Shown here: positions 48,605-60,263 of the stretch, one piece after another
Layout of the letters: each line of letters opens with the position of its first letter
Numbering within the stretch: position 1 is the first letter of the stretch
DNA from: Eledone cirrhosa
Taxonomy: Eukaryota
Direction of reading: 5' to 3'
DNA length: 64,000 bases
NCBI GenBank assembly: GCA_964016885.1
Contig: OZ024740.1
Location: 17,670,001 to 17,734,000, forward strand
Made by a program: the position numbers and the translations under genes
The notes under the pieces: model-generated
The model's input: the letters and a program-made list of their open reading frames with translations, nothing else
Told to the model about the DNA's origin: nothing
The model's database searches: none

Positions 48605-49656
48605 TATACATTTTAGAAATTAATATATAAACTGTTTTTAATTTTGTTAACCTATAATTAATATTCTACTACTGATGAACTACATAATTTTACTTTCCTT
48701 CTTACAAATATCATTTCCTAAAACTGATACCACTAAGTAAACATATATAATGCTTTAATTTCAGGTTATGACTATGTTCCTTGAAATCTCTATATATTTA
48801 TTGTTTCTCACTAATAAATTTAACCTCCCCCCCCCCCCCCCCAATAATTATGTGTATGTATGTATGTGTGTATATATATATGTATATGTGTGTGTGTATA
48901 TATATATATATGTGTGTGTGTGTATGTGTGTGTATATATGTGTATATATATTATTTTTATATTCTTTTAATTTCCCCTCATCTTTAACAGCACTTTTCAA
49001 CTGCATCTAACTCTTATTTATCATATCTATATGCATTAGTATAATTTTATCAATATAAATATACCTATCAATTAAATTAATTTATATTCTTTTCATGGAT
49101 GTATTTTTTTCACTAACACTCTTATCGTAAAATTTTAGTCTCCTTAGATATTTGCATTGGCATTACTATTTTATAACAGCAACTGTCTGTATACCTTTTA
49201 CTGTCCTGACCTATTTTCATCCCTAAAATAACCTTCTCATTCTTCACACTCCATTTAGGACTGAAATCTACCTTCTTCTACCCCTAAAATAAACTTCAAT
49301 TACTACTATTTTACCATTTGGCCAATTATTAACTTTCTATTGGTTCATTCTAAACCTCTTACCAAACAGACATACTGTGTTGAATCTTTGTTGGTTTTGT
49401 TCGATAAGCAGATGTGGTTGTTTCTGAGGTCAGCATACGACCTATTTTCATCCCTAGAATAATCTTTGATTCATAATATTCTTTTCCATCCAAAACTGTA
49501 ATCTACCTTCCTCTACCCATAAATTAAGGTTCTTTTACTACTAGATTACTATCTTGACCTTCACTATCTTTCTATTGGTCAATTCAAAACCTCTTCCCAA
49601 ACAGACCTATTGTATTAAATCTTTGTTTTTTTCAATAAACAAATATCATTATCCCC

Positions 49657-49757
49657 AGGAGGTTAACTGTGCCTTTCATCCTTATGGGGTCGATAAAATA
49701 AAGTACCAGTAATCTACTGTTAATTGCTGGCCTTGTGCCAAAAGTAGAAACAATTAT
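49657..49757 (+). mobile_element. Partial SINE family 1
   Basis: Shares the AATCTACTGTTAATTGC variant with the copy at 44913. Confidence 0.85.
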
Positions 49758-49893
49758 TTCTGAAGACAGCATATATATGTGTAGGTATGTATATTCCCTC
49801 TGATAGTTTGTATAAATAATATTTTACATAGATCTATAGAATATGCATACCAACTCTAACACATATATATCCTAGAAACGATCGTAAAATGAT
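49753..49893 (+). ncRNA. Type I hammerhead with a 108-nt stem II (design C)
   Basis: ATTATTT-CTGAAGA (49760-66); ATATATATGTG/CACATATATAT and GTATGTATATTC/GAATATGCATAC helices; GAAA 49875-78; palindrome ACGATCGT; A49886; AAATGAT. Confidence 0.68.
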
Positions 49894-49946
49894 GAAAATT
49901 TTTTTAATATAAGGAACTGCTTCTTTGTTTATTCATTACTTTATTA

Positions 49947-50006
<60 letters not shown>

Positions 50007-50060
50007 TATATATAGTGTGTATATATATATATATGCAGTATTCTTTTCCCCATGTTTTTC

Positions 50061-50096
<36 letters not shown>

Positions 50097-50100
<4 letters not shown>

Positions 50101-50357
50101 GAGATGATAGGGACCCCTCCAGTCCCTATCATTCCACTGCAAAGTGGTCGTGGAGGTGCCACGGAAAAAAGAAAGCACCCAGCCCACACTGTAAAGTGGA
50201 CGTGGAGGTGCCATGGAAAAAAAGTACCCAGCACTCACTGTAAATGAGGTTGGTGTTAGGAAGGGAATCCAGCTGTAGAAATCAAGCCAGAATCGGTTCC
50301 CGTCCCACCCTTGCAAGCAGGGTAAAGCGGACGCAAAATGATGATGATGATGATGAT
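50097..50357 (+). mobile_element. Short RTE-tailed non-autonomous element (same family as 43798-44005)
   Basis: GTGGTCGTGGAGGTGCCACGG...GGTTGGTGTTAGGAAGGG...GCGGACG...(GAT)n; flanked by (TA)n. Confidence 0.75.
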
Positions 50358-50394
50358 ATATATATATATATATATATATAGTGTATATATATAT

Positions 50395-51088
50395 ATCATC
50401 ATCATCATCGTTTAACGTCCATATTCCACGCTTGCATGGGTTTGGACGGGAGTTTTCCCACTTGAGGCAAGAATGGTTGTCTTCCTCGCATAGGACTGTC
50501 TGGCGGGTTTTCTACGGCTGGATGCCCTTTCTAACACCAACCACATTTACAGTGTGGGACTGGGAGGTTTTTACCGTGTTACCTACACGGCCACATTACA
50601 GAGTGGACTGTGTGTTTTTTGTCGTGACACCTACACGACCTCATTTGTTTCGGGCTGGATGTTGTGGTACTAACATAACTTTACATTGAAAGGGGTGGTG
50701 TGGATGGGGTGGGAAAAGTGGGACGGGGGCGTATTTTGTTGGAGGTGCCTACTGACTGTAGTAGGTTTCACTTTGTACTTAGGTAAGGCGGGTCTTCTGT
50801 ATTACTGCGTAGCGCCAAAGATCTCGGTCCAGTGACATTGTCTTGGAGAGGTATAAGTGTGTGAGGTCGGAATTTATCAAGTCGTCCCAGGTTTTTCTGG
50901 GTCTGCCTACTCCGTGGCTACCGTCTTTTTATTGCCCTGCACTTTTTTATACAGCTGTCGTCTTTCATGCGCATCACGTGACCATACCAACATAGTCTTC
51001 TCTCGAGTAAACAACATCTGATCCCTCTTATTTCTAATTTTTCCCTTAGTTTGTTTATGCTTTGCCGTTCACGTATATTACTATTACA
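50395..51088 (-). mobile_element. 3' part of RTE element B (C-terminus, 3' UTR, (GAT)n tail)
   Basis: Minus strand reads NSNIRERQSINKLREKLEIRGIRCCLLERRLCWYGHVMRM, continuing the MLRWMC that is broken at 54119. Confidence 0.88.
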
Positions 51089-54000
51089 TTGAATAAAACA
51101 ATTACCACAATAATATCAGCTTACGCACCCCAATCGGGGCTGCCAGACGAACTTAAGGATAGGTTTTACGAGTCCCTAATGCACACTACTGCTCTAACAG
51201 ACGACAATGACTTCCTAATCATCGCAGGAGATTTTAACAGACACGTAGGTAAACACTGCGACGGCTTCAATAGAGTACATGGAGGCCATGGGGTTGGCAC
51301 AAGAAATGAGGAAGGATTCAGACTTCTAGAATTCTGCACGCCAGTGACGTCGATATGTAAGACAAACTTTAAAAAACCCGACAACCACCTGATCACCTAT
51401 AGATCAGGGGAGCACTCTAGTCAAATAGATTTTATCCTCATCAGAGGACGTGACAGATGGACGGTCGTAAACACAAAAGCCTTCCCTAGTGAGCAATGTA
51501 CATCCCAACATAGCTTAGTTGTGAGCGACCTCACAGTCAGAACTAGACGAACCTGGAAACAGAAGTCAACCTGGAGAAGAAAGATCTGGAAGCTGAAAGA
51601 CACCTCAACCAGTAACAGATTTAAAGATATTTTACTCAACGCCTACGACAGTAAAGAAGAACAGATAGAGACATTTAACGTAGAAGAGAACTGGGAGTTC
51701 CTAAAAAATAACTTACTAGAGGCGACGGATGAGGTCTGTAGCTGTAGTAAGACCTCAAGCAGTAGGAGAGTGACTTGGTGGTGGAACAATAAGGTAGAAA
51801 AGGCAGTTAAGGCCAAGAGACAGGCATGAAAAGAATGGAAGAACAGGGGGAGCAGGGTACATTACATAGAGACCAAGAGGGAAGCTAGGCGACAAGTATA
51901 CTTAGATAGGAGGGAAGCAGAGGATAGAAAATTCAAGCATGTTTTGCAACGTGAGGACCAGAAACAGGAGGTGTTCAAGATTGCGAGGCAGTGTGTGAGA
52001 GAGAATTGTGATGTCATTGGAGAGAAGTGTATCCAGAATGATAAAGGTGAGCTTGCCCTCACAAGTGCTGAGAAGAAAGATGCATGGAAGAGTCATTATG
52101 ATAGATTACTAAATGAGGAGAATGCATGGGAAGAAGAGACCCTACCCCAAGTAGACCCTATAGAGGGGCCAGCAGTACAAGTCAGCAGCAACGTAGTAAG
52201 GCAATCAAAGATATGAAGATGGGGAAGGCAACCGGTCCATCAGGTATAGCTGCTGAGATGCTGAAGGCATCTGGGTCTGTAGGTCACACTATAACCACAC
52301 GTATTGTTAACCAGGTAACACTAGAAGGTGTCATACCAAAAGATTGGTGCAGTAGCATCATTGTCAACTGCTACAAAGGTAAAGGTGATGCAGATAGATG
52401 AAACCATAGAGGTATAAAGCTGATGGACCAGGTCATGAAAGTAACAGAAAGAGTTATAGCACAGTTGATTAGGGACCGGGTGAAACTAGACGAGATGCAA
52501 TTTGGGTTTGTACCAGGAAGAGGCACCACTGATGCCCTCTTCCTTGTCAGGCAGTTACAGGAAAAGTACCTAGCTAAAAGTAAGCCACTCTACCTGGCAT
52601 TTATCGACCCTGAAAAAGCCTTTGACAGAGTTCCACGTGCTGTAATCTGGTGGGCTCTTAGAAAACTAGGAGTAGATGAATGGCTTGTGAAAGCGGTACA
52701 AGCCATGTATAGGGGAGCAGTCAGCAAAGTTAGGATTAGCAATGAGTATAGTGAGGAATTTAGCGTACAGGTTGGGGTCCACCAGGGCTCTGTTCTTAGC
52801 CCCCTCCTGTTCATCACAGTCCTGCAGGCAATAACGGAGGAGTTTAAGACCGGATGCCCGTGGGAACTCCTGTATGCTGATGACCTAGCACTTATAGCTG
52901 AATCTATGGTAGAACTAGAGAAGAAATTCCAAACTTGGAAGCAGGGACTAGAAAGAAAGGGTCTCAAAGTCAACATGACAAAGACTAAGGCCCTTGTAAG
53001 TAGACGAGAAAACAGAACCCAGATTCCCTCAGGGAAATGGCCTTGCTCAGTATGTAGGAAAGGTGTAGGTAGGAACTCCATTCTCTGCCCCAAATGCAAA
53101 CAATGGGTACACAAGAGATGTAGCGGGATCTCAGAAAGCTTAATTAAGAATATAGGCTTCACATGCAGCAGCTGTGCTGGGACAGCAAACAGCCACAGGA
53201 AACAAGTACCACCAATCTCTAGGAGGGCTCTGTAGAAACAGTAGACAGCTTCTGCTACCTAGGTGACGGAATTAGCAGCGGAGGTGGGTGTTCAGAAAGT
53301 ACAATAACTAGGGTAAGAACGGGATGGAAGAAGTTTAGGGAACTACTACCACTGCTAGCTGCAAAAGGCTTCTCCCTCAGAATGAAAGGCAGACTGTATG
53401 ATGCGTGTATCCGAACAGTGATGCTGCATGGTAGTGAGACCTGGGCGCTGAAGGTGGAAGACTTACGTAGATTAGAGAGAAACGAAGCCTGCATGCTCCG
53501 ATGGATGTGTAATAGTAATATACGCAAACGACAAAGCATAAATGAATTGAGAGAGAGACTGAGCATAAGAGGAATCAAATGCTGTGTGCAGGAGAGGCGG
53601 TTGCGTTGGTGATGCGTATGAAGGATGACAGCTGCATAAAAAGGTGCAGAGCACTAGAAGTCGATGGAAACCGCGGAGTGGGGAGACCCAAGATGACCTG
53701 GGATGAGGTGATAAAAGCCGACCTTACCCAATTACACCTCTCAAAGGCGATGACACACGACCGTGACCTCTGTCATCACGCAGTAATACAGAGTACCCGA
53801 CCTCCCATGGGTACAAGCTGAAGCATATAGACAATATGCCCCCACACCCCCCACTGCAAGGTGGTCGTGGAAGTGCCACGGCAAAAAAGCACCCAGCCCA
53901 CACTGTAAAGTGGACGTGTAGGCGCCACGAAAAAGCACCCAGCACTCACTGTAAATGTGGTTGGTGTTAGGAAGGGCATCCAGCTGTAGAAATCAAGCCA

Positions 54001-54118
54001 AATCAGTTCCTGTATGAGCAAGGCATGGTCAGCCAACCAGACACTGCCCACAAGACAACCCGTCTAACCCATGCTAGCGTGGAAGAACGGACGTAAAACG
54101 GTGATGATGATGATGATG
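51089..54118 (+). mobile_element. RTE-clade LINE A, 5'-truncated, decayed (APE-RT with PHD-type finger)
   Basis: SAYAPQ, GDFN, SQIDF, SQH, QFGFVPG, KAFDRVP, GVHQGSVLSP, YADD; multiple stops and frameshifts; (GAT)n tail. Confidence 0.93.
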
Positions 54119-57100
54119 ACACATCCAGCGGAGCATGCACGCTTCATTCCTCTCCAGTCTGCGTATATCCTCTGCAAACAATGCCCAGGTCTCACTGCCA
54201 TGTAACATTGCTGTTCGTATGCAGGCATCATACAGCCTACCTTTCATTTTTAGGGAGAACCCTTTAGCAGCTAATAGTGGTATAAGCTCTCTGAACTTTT
54301 TCCATCCAGTTCTGACTCTAGCTACTGTACTTTCAGAGCACCCTCCCCCACTGCTGATTTTGTCACCCAGGTAACGGAAGCTGTCCACTATTTCTATAGA
54401 ACCATTTGTGCAATTGAAAGAGCTAGTATTCTGTGGGCACTTGCTGCTACTTATTGCACTAGAGCACCTATTTAGAGCTGCTATTTAGTGTACCTGAGCA
54501 CCGGCCACATATAAAATCTATATTCTTAGTTAGCTTACCTGTGATCCCACTACATCTTTTATGCACCCATACTTTGCATTTGGGACATAAAATGGAGTTT
54601 CTACCTACTCCTTTCCTACACACTGAGCATGGCCATTTCCCGGATGGGACCGGCGCCCTATTTTCCTTCCTACAAACTAGAACTTTAGTCTTAGACAGGT
54701 TAATTTTAAGGCCTTTTGATTCTAGGCCATGCTTCCATGTTTGGAATTTCTTCTCTAGTTCGAGCATTGATTCAGCTATGAGCGTTAGATCATCTGCGTA
54801 TAGGAGTTCCCATGGGCAGCCGGTCTTGAACTCCACTGTTATAGACTGAAGGGCAATAATAAATAGTAGGGGGCTAAGAACGGAGCCCTGATGAACACCA
54901 ACTTTTACGCTAAACTCTTCACTATATTCGTTGTTAATTCTAACCTTGCTGACTGTTTCTTTATACATGGCTTGTATAGCTCTCACAAGCCATTCATCAA
55001 CACCTAGTTTTCTAAGAGCCCACCAGATAATGGAACGGGGGACTCTGTCGAAGGCTTTCTCCAAGTAGACAAAAGCTAAGTATAGGGGTTTACTTTTAGC
55101 TAGGTACTTCTCCTGTAGTTGTCTTACAATGAAGAGAGCGTCTGTTGTACTTTTACCTGACACAAACTCGAACTGCTTTTCATCTAGATCAATTCTCTCT
55201 CTGATTAGTTGCGCTATTACTTTTTCCGTGACCTTCATGACCTGGTCGATTAATTTAATGCCTCTATAGTTACTCCTATCTAGGGCATCTCGTTTACCCT
55301 TGTAGCAGTTAATGATGATGCTGCTACGCCAGTCTTTCGGAACAAACCCATTCTGTATGACTTGGTTTACTATCCGGGTGACCATGGTGTGTCCCACCAT
55401 TCCAGAAGCTTTCAGCATTTCAGCAACTATTTCCGAAGGCCCAGCCGCCTTACCCATCTTCATATCTTTGATTGCCTTACTTATTATACTATCTTCGAGT
55501 AACACTGCTGGTCCCTCTATTGGGTCGATGTGGGGGAGACTGTCTTTCTCCCATTTATTCTCCTCATTTAGTAGCCTTTCGTAGTTACACTTCCAAGCTA
55601 CCTTGTTATCAGCGTCAGTGATGGCAAGTACACCATCATCATTAAGGACACACTTCTCCCCGACAATATCACGGTGTTCCTTGACACATTGCCTAGCAAT
55701 CCTGAACACGTCACGTTTTTGGTCCTCGCGTTGTAGAACATGCTTGAACTTTCTTTCCTCTGCTTCCCTTCTTGCGAAGTACACTTGTCTCCTAGCTTCC
55801 CTCCTGGCCACTTGATAGTCTTCTCTACTTCCCCCATCCCGCCATACTTTCCAAGCCTGCTTTTTGGCCTTAATTGACTCCTCCACCATGTTACTCTCCT
55901 CCTGCCTATAGGCCTGCTCCAGCCACAGACTTCGTCTGCCGCCATCAGCAGGTTTGCTTTCAGGAATTCCCACTGTTCCTCTATATTGTACGACTCCAAA
56001 TGCTCTTCCTTACTGTCGAAAGCATCAAATAATATGCTTTTAAATTTATTTCTGGCTGTGGGGTCCTTTAGCTTCCATATTTTTCTCCTGAGGATAGTCC
56101 TCTTCTGTTGTCTAGTACGTCTCGTCCTGACTATTAGGTCGCTAATTATCAGTCTATGTTGGGAGGTGCATTCTTCATGGGGGAGGGATTTAGTGTTTAC
56201 AACAGACACTCTATCACGTCTTCTGGTAAGGATATAATCTACCTGGCTGGTGTGTTCCCCTGATCTGTAGGTGATCGTCTCGTTTTTTGAAGTTAGTGTT
56301 ACAGATAGTTAGGTTATTTACGTCACAGAATTCCAGGATTCTGGAGCCTTCCTCATTTCTAGTACCAAACCTATAGCCTCCGTGGATTCCATCATAGCCG
56401 TCACAATGTTGTTCAACATGACCATTTAGGTCGCCAGCAATAATTATATAGTCACTGTCAGTTATTTGGGAGGTAGTGAGCATCAGTGTCTCATAGAAAC
56501 TGTCTTTTATAGCGCCAGGCAGTCAGGATTGGGGCGCGTACGCAGATATTACCGTCACAGTAGTTCTATTTAGAACAAGTCTTATTTTAATTATTCTGTC
56601 ATTCACTCTATTTACGTCTATTATCTTATCCACCCATTTTTCTGCTAACATGATTCCTACCCCACCTAGCCCATTGTCATTTCCCACCCAGAAAAGCTTA
56701 TAGCATCGTTTTTTACCCACAATGAATCTAGCAGACCCGCCCCTCCACCTGGTCTCTTGGATACAGCAAACATCAACCTCCTTACGTTCAAGCATTTCTA
56801 CAACCTCGTTAGAGCGGCCTTTTAAGGTGCCTACATTCATGGTACCAACTCTGAAGTTTTGGATTGCGTTTAGTGGGTGGGGCGCAGGGAGGGGTGAGGG
56901 AGATGGGGTTGGGGTTATGTTGGCCATCCGTGGCCGCAACAAAGAGGAGGGGTCCTTGCCCTTTCGTCCGGCAGCATGAGGTGAATTTGTCGTTATCTTT
57001 GGCATTGTCTTCGAGTGTCCAGATTCTTCAGACTCTCCAGAAATTGCTTAGTCCATCCATCATATCGAAAAGCAACCAGAAGTGATAGCATAGGCCGTTG
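54119..57100 (-). mobile_element. RTE-clade LINE B, 5' and central part, decayed; ORF starts at ATG 57005
   Basis: VGTMNVGTL, IQETRW, SAYAPQ, GDLN, GVHQGSVLSP, YADD, FRYLG; 5' boundary uncertain. Confidence 0.93.
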
Positions 57101-57597
57101 ACTTGTGATTGGTCCAAATAATAAAGGTGGAGAGTGGGGGCAGGTGGAGAGTGGGGCGGGTGGGAGGGGTATGGGGTAGTTAGCGAGGAGCAGGCTTATT
57201 TATATTTGGTGCGAGTAGGGAGTGAGAGAGAGCGACGTGTATGATAGAGAGAGTGGGGGGTGATAGCGATTTGAGAGGGCCGAGAGAGAAGCCATTTTTA
57301 TGAAACCTGGAAAAATTTTCGGCCAAAATGGTAGCGAGAAGATTATTTAAAACAAGCGTGGAGAAGATTTTTTAGAACAGTGAGACAGAATTATAGAATA
57401 GCAATTATGAAGTAGGATTTGGATTCTGGGCGATTATAGATATATGGATGAATGAACCGAAGGGTGGGGAGGCAAGAAGAAAATGTTATTTATACGTTAC
57501 ATTTCGTAGAAACGGACTGACCATTAATAAATATATGTATATATATATAAGTTAAAACAATGAAATAAAAAATCAAGTCATTAGAGATATACTTCGC

Positions 57598-57729
57598 TGC
57601 TTTACGATCGTTTCTAGATGGTGATCATACATTGTATCTATACTCAGTGATTGATCTATTTAAGTTTACAAACTATCAGATAGAGAGAATATTTACTTAC
57701 ATGCATATCACCAGCTGCTTTCAAAAGCA
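57598..57729 (-). other. Degenerate design-C hammerhead in an old PLE terminal remnant
   Basis: GAA-ACGATCGT-A-AAGCA, stem I TGCTT/AAGCA and TGGTGAT/ATCACCA helix are retained; the core is mutated to TTGAAAG. Confidence 0.5.
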
Positions 57730-58097
57730 ATAATAATTTTATTCAATAATAATTTTACTCAGAATTAGTATCATGTCCATATTTGGAGGTAGTTGAAGAA
57801 CTAATGAATCAAATTGTTTTTTTCATATGGTGTTAAGATGAAAAGTAATACACTTTAGTTGAGGTCATGACCCTTTGAAAGGAATGGTTGAAAGGTGTTA
57901 GTAGAAATGGCATAAAAATCCATTAGGAAGGAAGGGGATTGTCAAACTGATAGTTGAATGTATCTTGTATAGTGAATTTAAAAGGAATGTCAAAATAAAT
58001 GGTGATTAGTGTTGTATTGAGTTTTAAGGTGAATATAAATTAATGTTATGGCTAGGAAAGATAGTATATTAAAAGATGAAAATTATAATAAGATAAT

Positions 58098-58284
58098 TGT
58101 TTCTACTTTAGGCACAAGGCCAGCAAATACTCAGTGCATTACTGGTACTTTATTTTATCGACCCCGTAAGGATGAAAGGCAAAGTCAACCTCGGTGGGAT
58201 TTGAACTCAGATCGTAAAGGGACGTAACTATGCTGGAAAGCATGGCGTCCGACCCTCTACCGATACTGCCAATCCACCACCGCT
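58098..58284 (-). mobile_element. Full-length tRNA-derived SINE (family 1) with 17-bp TSD
   Basis: Box A-like TGGCAGTATCGG and box B GAGTTCAAATCC on minus; AATTATAATAAGATAAT at 58081-97 and 58285-301. Confidence 0.92.
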
Positions 58285-59199
58285 AATTATAATAAGATAA
58301 TGTGATATAGTAATGCGATAATATACAACTTAACCAACAGAATATAGTACGGTGTGGTAAATTGCACTCAGTATAATATAACATATTATACGCTCTAAAA
58401 TATTATTAAGTATGTTTATGCATAAACAATCAAACTCAGATAAGTACATGTTGGCATAGTTAAAACGCATAAATTTAATAGTCTACAAATTGCATATATT
58501 CACACCACATATAGAGAGAGGTACAGTTATATTGATATCTAACCAAAATATACATACGTGCAAATAGATGCAAACCTAAATACACATCCACACGCATGCA
58601 TATAATCATATATATACATTTTTTCTAAAAAATCTAATTTAGTCCAGAAATAGCCGTCGAAACGGCTTGAGCTCTGCCGTCGGAGACCTGAACCTTTTCC
58701 TACTACCCAAAGTATTGAGTACTCTGGTGCGTTATGGTCCACCTGGTTCCTTACCACACTTCCTTCGTTATATATATATATGTCTGTATATATGTGTGTG
58801 TGTTCACGCTAAGTACCTATATCTATGTATATATGTATGTATTCATGTTGACTGATAAAATGACAAGTCAGTCAATCATATTGATGGCCTCTCCACAGCC
58901 CCGGCGGACAGACTAGGGAAAGATGCTTGTAAAGTGTTCATATTTTAGATAACTTTATTGGGATCTGCTTGTCAATGATTACATATAAGATGCTCTCTCT
59001 CTCCCTCTCTCTCAAAGAGAGTGGTGTGTGTGTGTGTGTGGAAGCAAGGAGAGAGGTTTTAGATAATGAAATCAGAGTAGACTCCCCCAATAAATGGAAT
59101 GGTAGTCATGGTTGGAATGCATTATTTAGTGACACAGCTCTATTGGTAGCAAAACGTGTGGATAAAAGGAATCACTGGACAGATTTTAACAGATAAAAA

Positions 59200-59350
59200 C
59201 AACTGGCAAAGACTCAGGGGTAGACCCCAGCTGTATCAATTAGAGATGGTTGCTTCTGACAGGACCCACTGGAAGGAGTGTTTGAGGACTTTGTTCACAC
59301 GACCCTCTCAAGACGAAGAAGAGGAGGACGAAGAAGAAAACGAAAAGAAG
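59200..59350 (+). mobile_element. Possible old RTE-type 3' end remnant
   Basis: LEMVASDRTHWK resembles the RTE C-terminal A.DR..W motif and is followed by a GAA/GAG-rich tail. Confidence 0.35.
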
Positions 59351-59854
59351 CAGCAGCTCTGTTAGACCAGGGCTGACCATTGAGTTGACCAACAGGTTAA
59401 ACAACAACATTACAAAGAAAGCAGCATACTCTCTTGTAAGTTTTGAAAAAAATAATAACTAGAAAAAAATGGATACAATAAAACTATAGAAGACAGGAAA
59501 AGGTATTTAGGTCAATTAGGTGTGGTATATCTACCTTGCCACCACCACCACACATACCTGGGTGGCAGTGGGAGGCACCACACATACCTGGGTGGCAGTG
59601 GGAGGTGAGTATTTCAGGAATGGCATTTACAGGTATGTAAGACAGGGTGGTTGTGGTGGAACAGGAGGTAGGTGAGCCGTTGAACTAGCAAATAGAATAG
59701 GTAGGTGGGTATGGGGGGGGGGGGGGTAGCGAGGGGTAGGTAAGTAGGTAGAGGAAGGAAGAGTGGTAGGGTGGAGGAGGAAGAGAGGTAGGGAAGGGGA
59801 GGGAGGGAGGTGCAGAGGTTGACATTGAGGTCAAACTGGGTGTACAACAAACAG

Positions 59855-59971
59855 GTGGTTGTGGTAGTGGTAGTGGTGGTGGTTGCTGTAGTGGTGGTAG
59901 TAGTGGTGGTGGTTATAGTGGTGGTGGTTGTAGTGGTGGTGGTTGTAGTGGTGGTGGTTGTGGTTGTAGTG
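59855..59971. repeat. (GTG/GTA/GTT)n triplet repeat
   Basis: Seen directly. Confidence 0.93.
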
Positions 59972-60054
59972 GACAATGGGTGGCAGGGTGATAGTAGCTA
60001 TACTTCCACCAGAAAGAGCCTTGCTATGACTATGTTTCCCATCGTACACCCTAA

Positions 60055-60182
60055 CTTTGCGGTCTGAGTTCAAATCCCGCCGAGGTTAACTTTGCCTTTC
60101 TTCCTTATGGGGTCGATAAAATAAAGTACCAGTAATCCACTGGGGTAATTCTGGCCTTGTGCCAAAAGTAGAAACAATTATT
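60055..60182 (+). mobile_element. SINE family 1, 5'-truncated
   Basis: Box B GAGTTCAAATCC, central domain and GTAGAAACAATTATT end. Confidence 0.88.
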
Positions 60183-60263
60183 GTATACTTTCATTATTGT
60201 ATATTTTTACTTGCTAATTGCTGAAGTATTCTGTAGTGCAAGAACTGTAGGAGCTGAAGCCCT

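Larger units (their letters stand above)
47915..49950 (+). mobile_element. Inverted second copy of the PLE 3' part (GIY-YIG plus 3' UTR)
   Basis: Reverse complement of 44725-46999 with scattered substitutions and indels. Confidence 0.9.

Noticed and set aside
48672-48745. CTGATGA after the PLE stop codon (also minus strand at ~46146 and ~46259)
   Set aside because: No stem II followed by GAAA and no stem III/I downstream.
39631-57085. Many short antisense or alternate-frame ORFs within the LINE and RTEs
   Set aside because: Shadows of transposon coding sequence with no independent motifs.
57487-57534. Minus-strand TATTTA...GAAATGTAACGTA-TAAATA hammerhead-like layout
   Set aside because: The core is TTAATGG (three mismatches) and there is no good stem II.
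58621-58686. GAAA-CGGC...GCCG-TC resembling the 3' half of a hammerhead
   Set aside because: The upstream core reads CTAAAAA and stem II pairs poorly; an alternative AGCCGT-CGAA-ACGGCT hairpin explains it. At best a dead relic.
59545-59605. Two copies of a ~31-bp CCACCACACATACCTGGGTGGCAGTGGGAGG repeat followed by GTGAGT
   Set aside because: A simple local duplication; a donor-like GTGAGT alone is not enough to call an exon.
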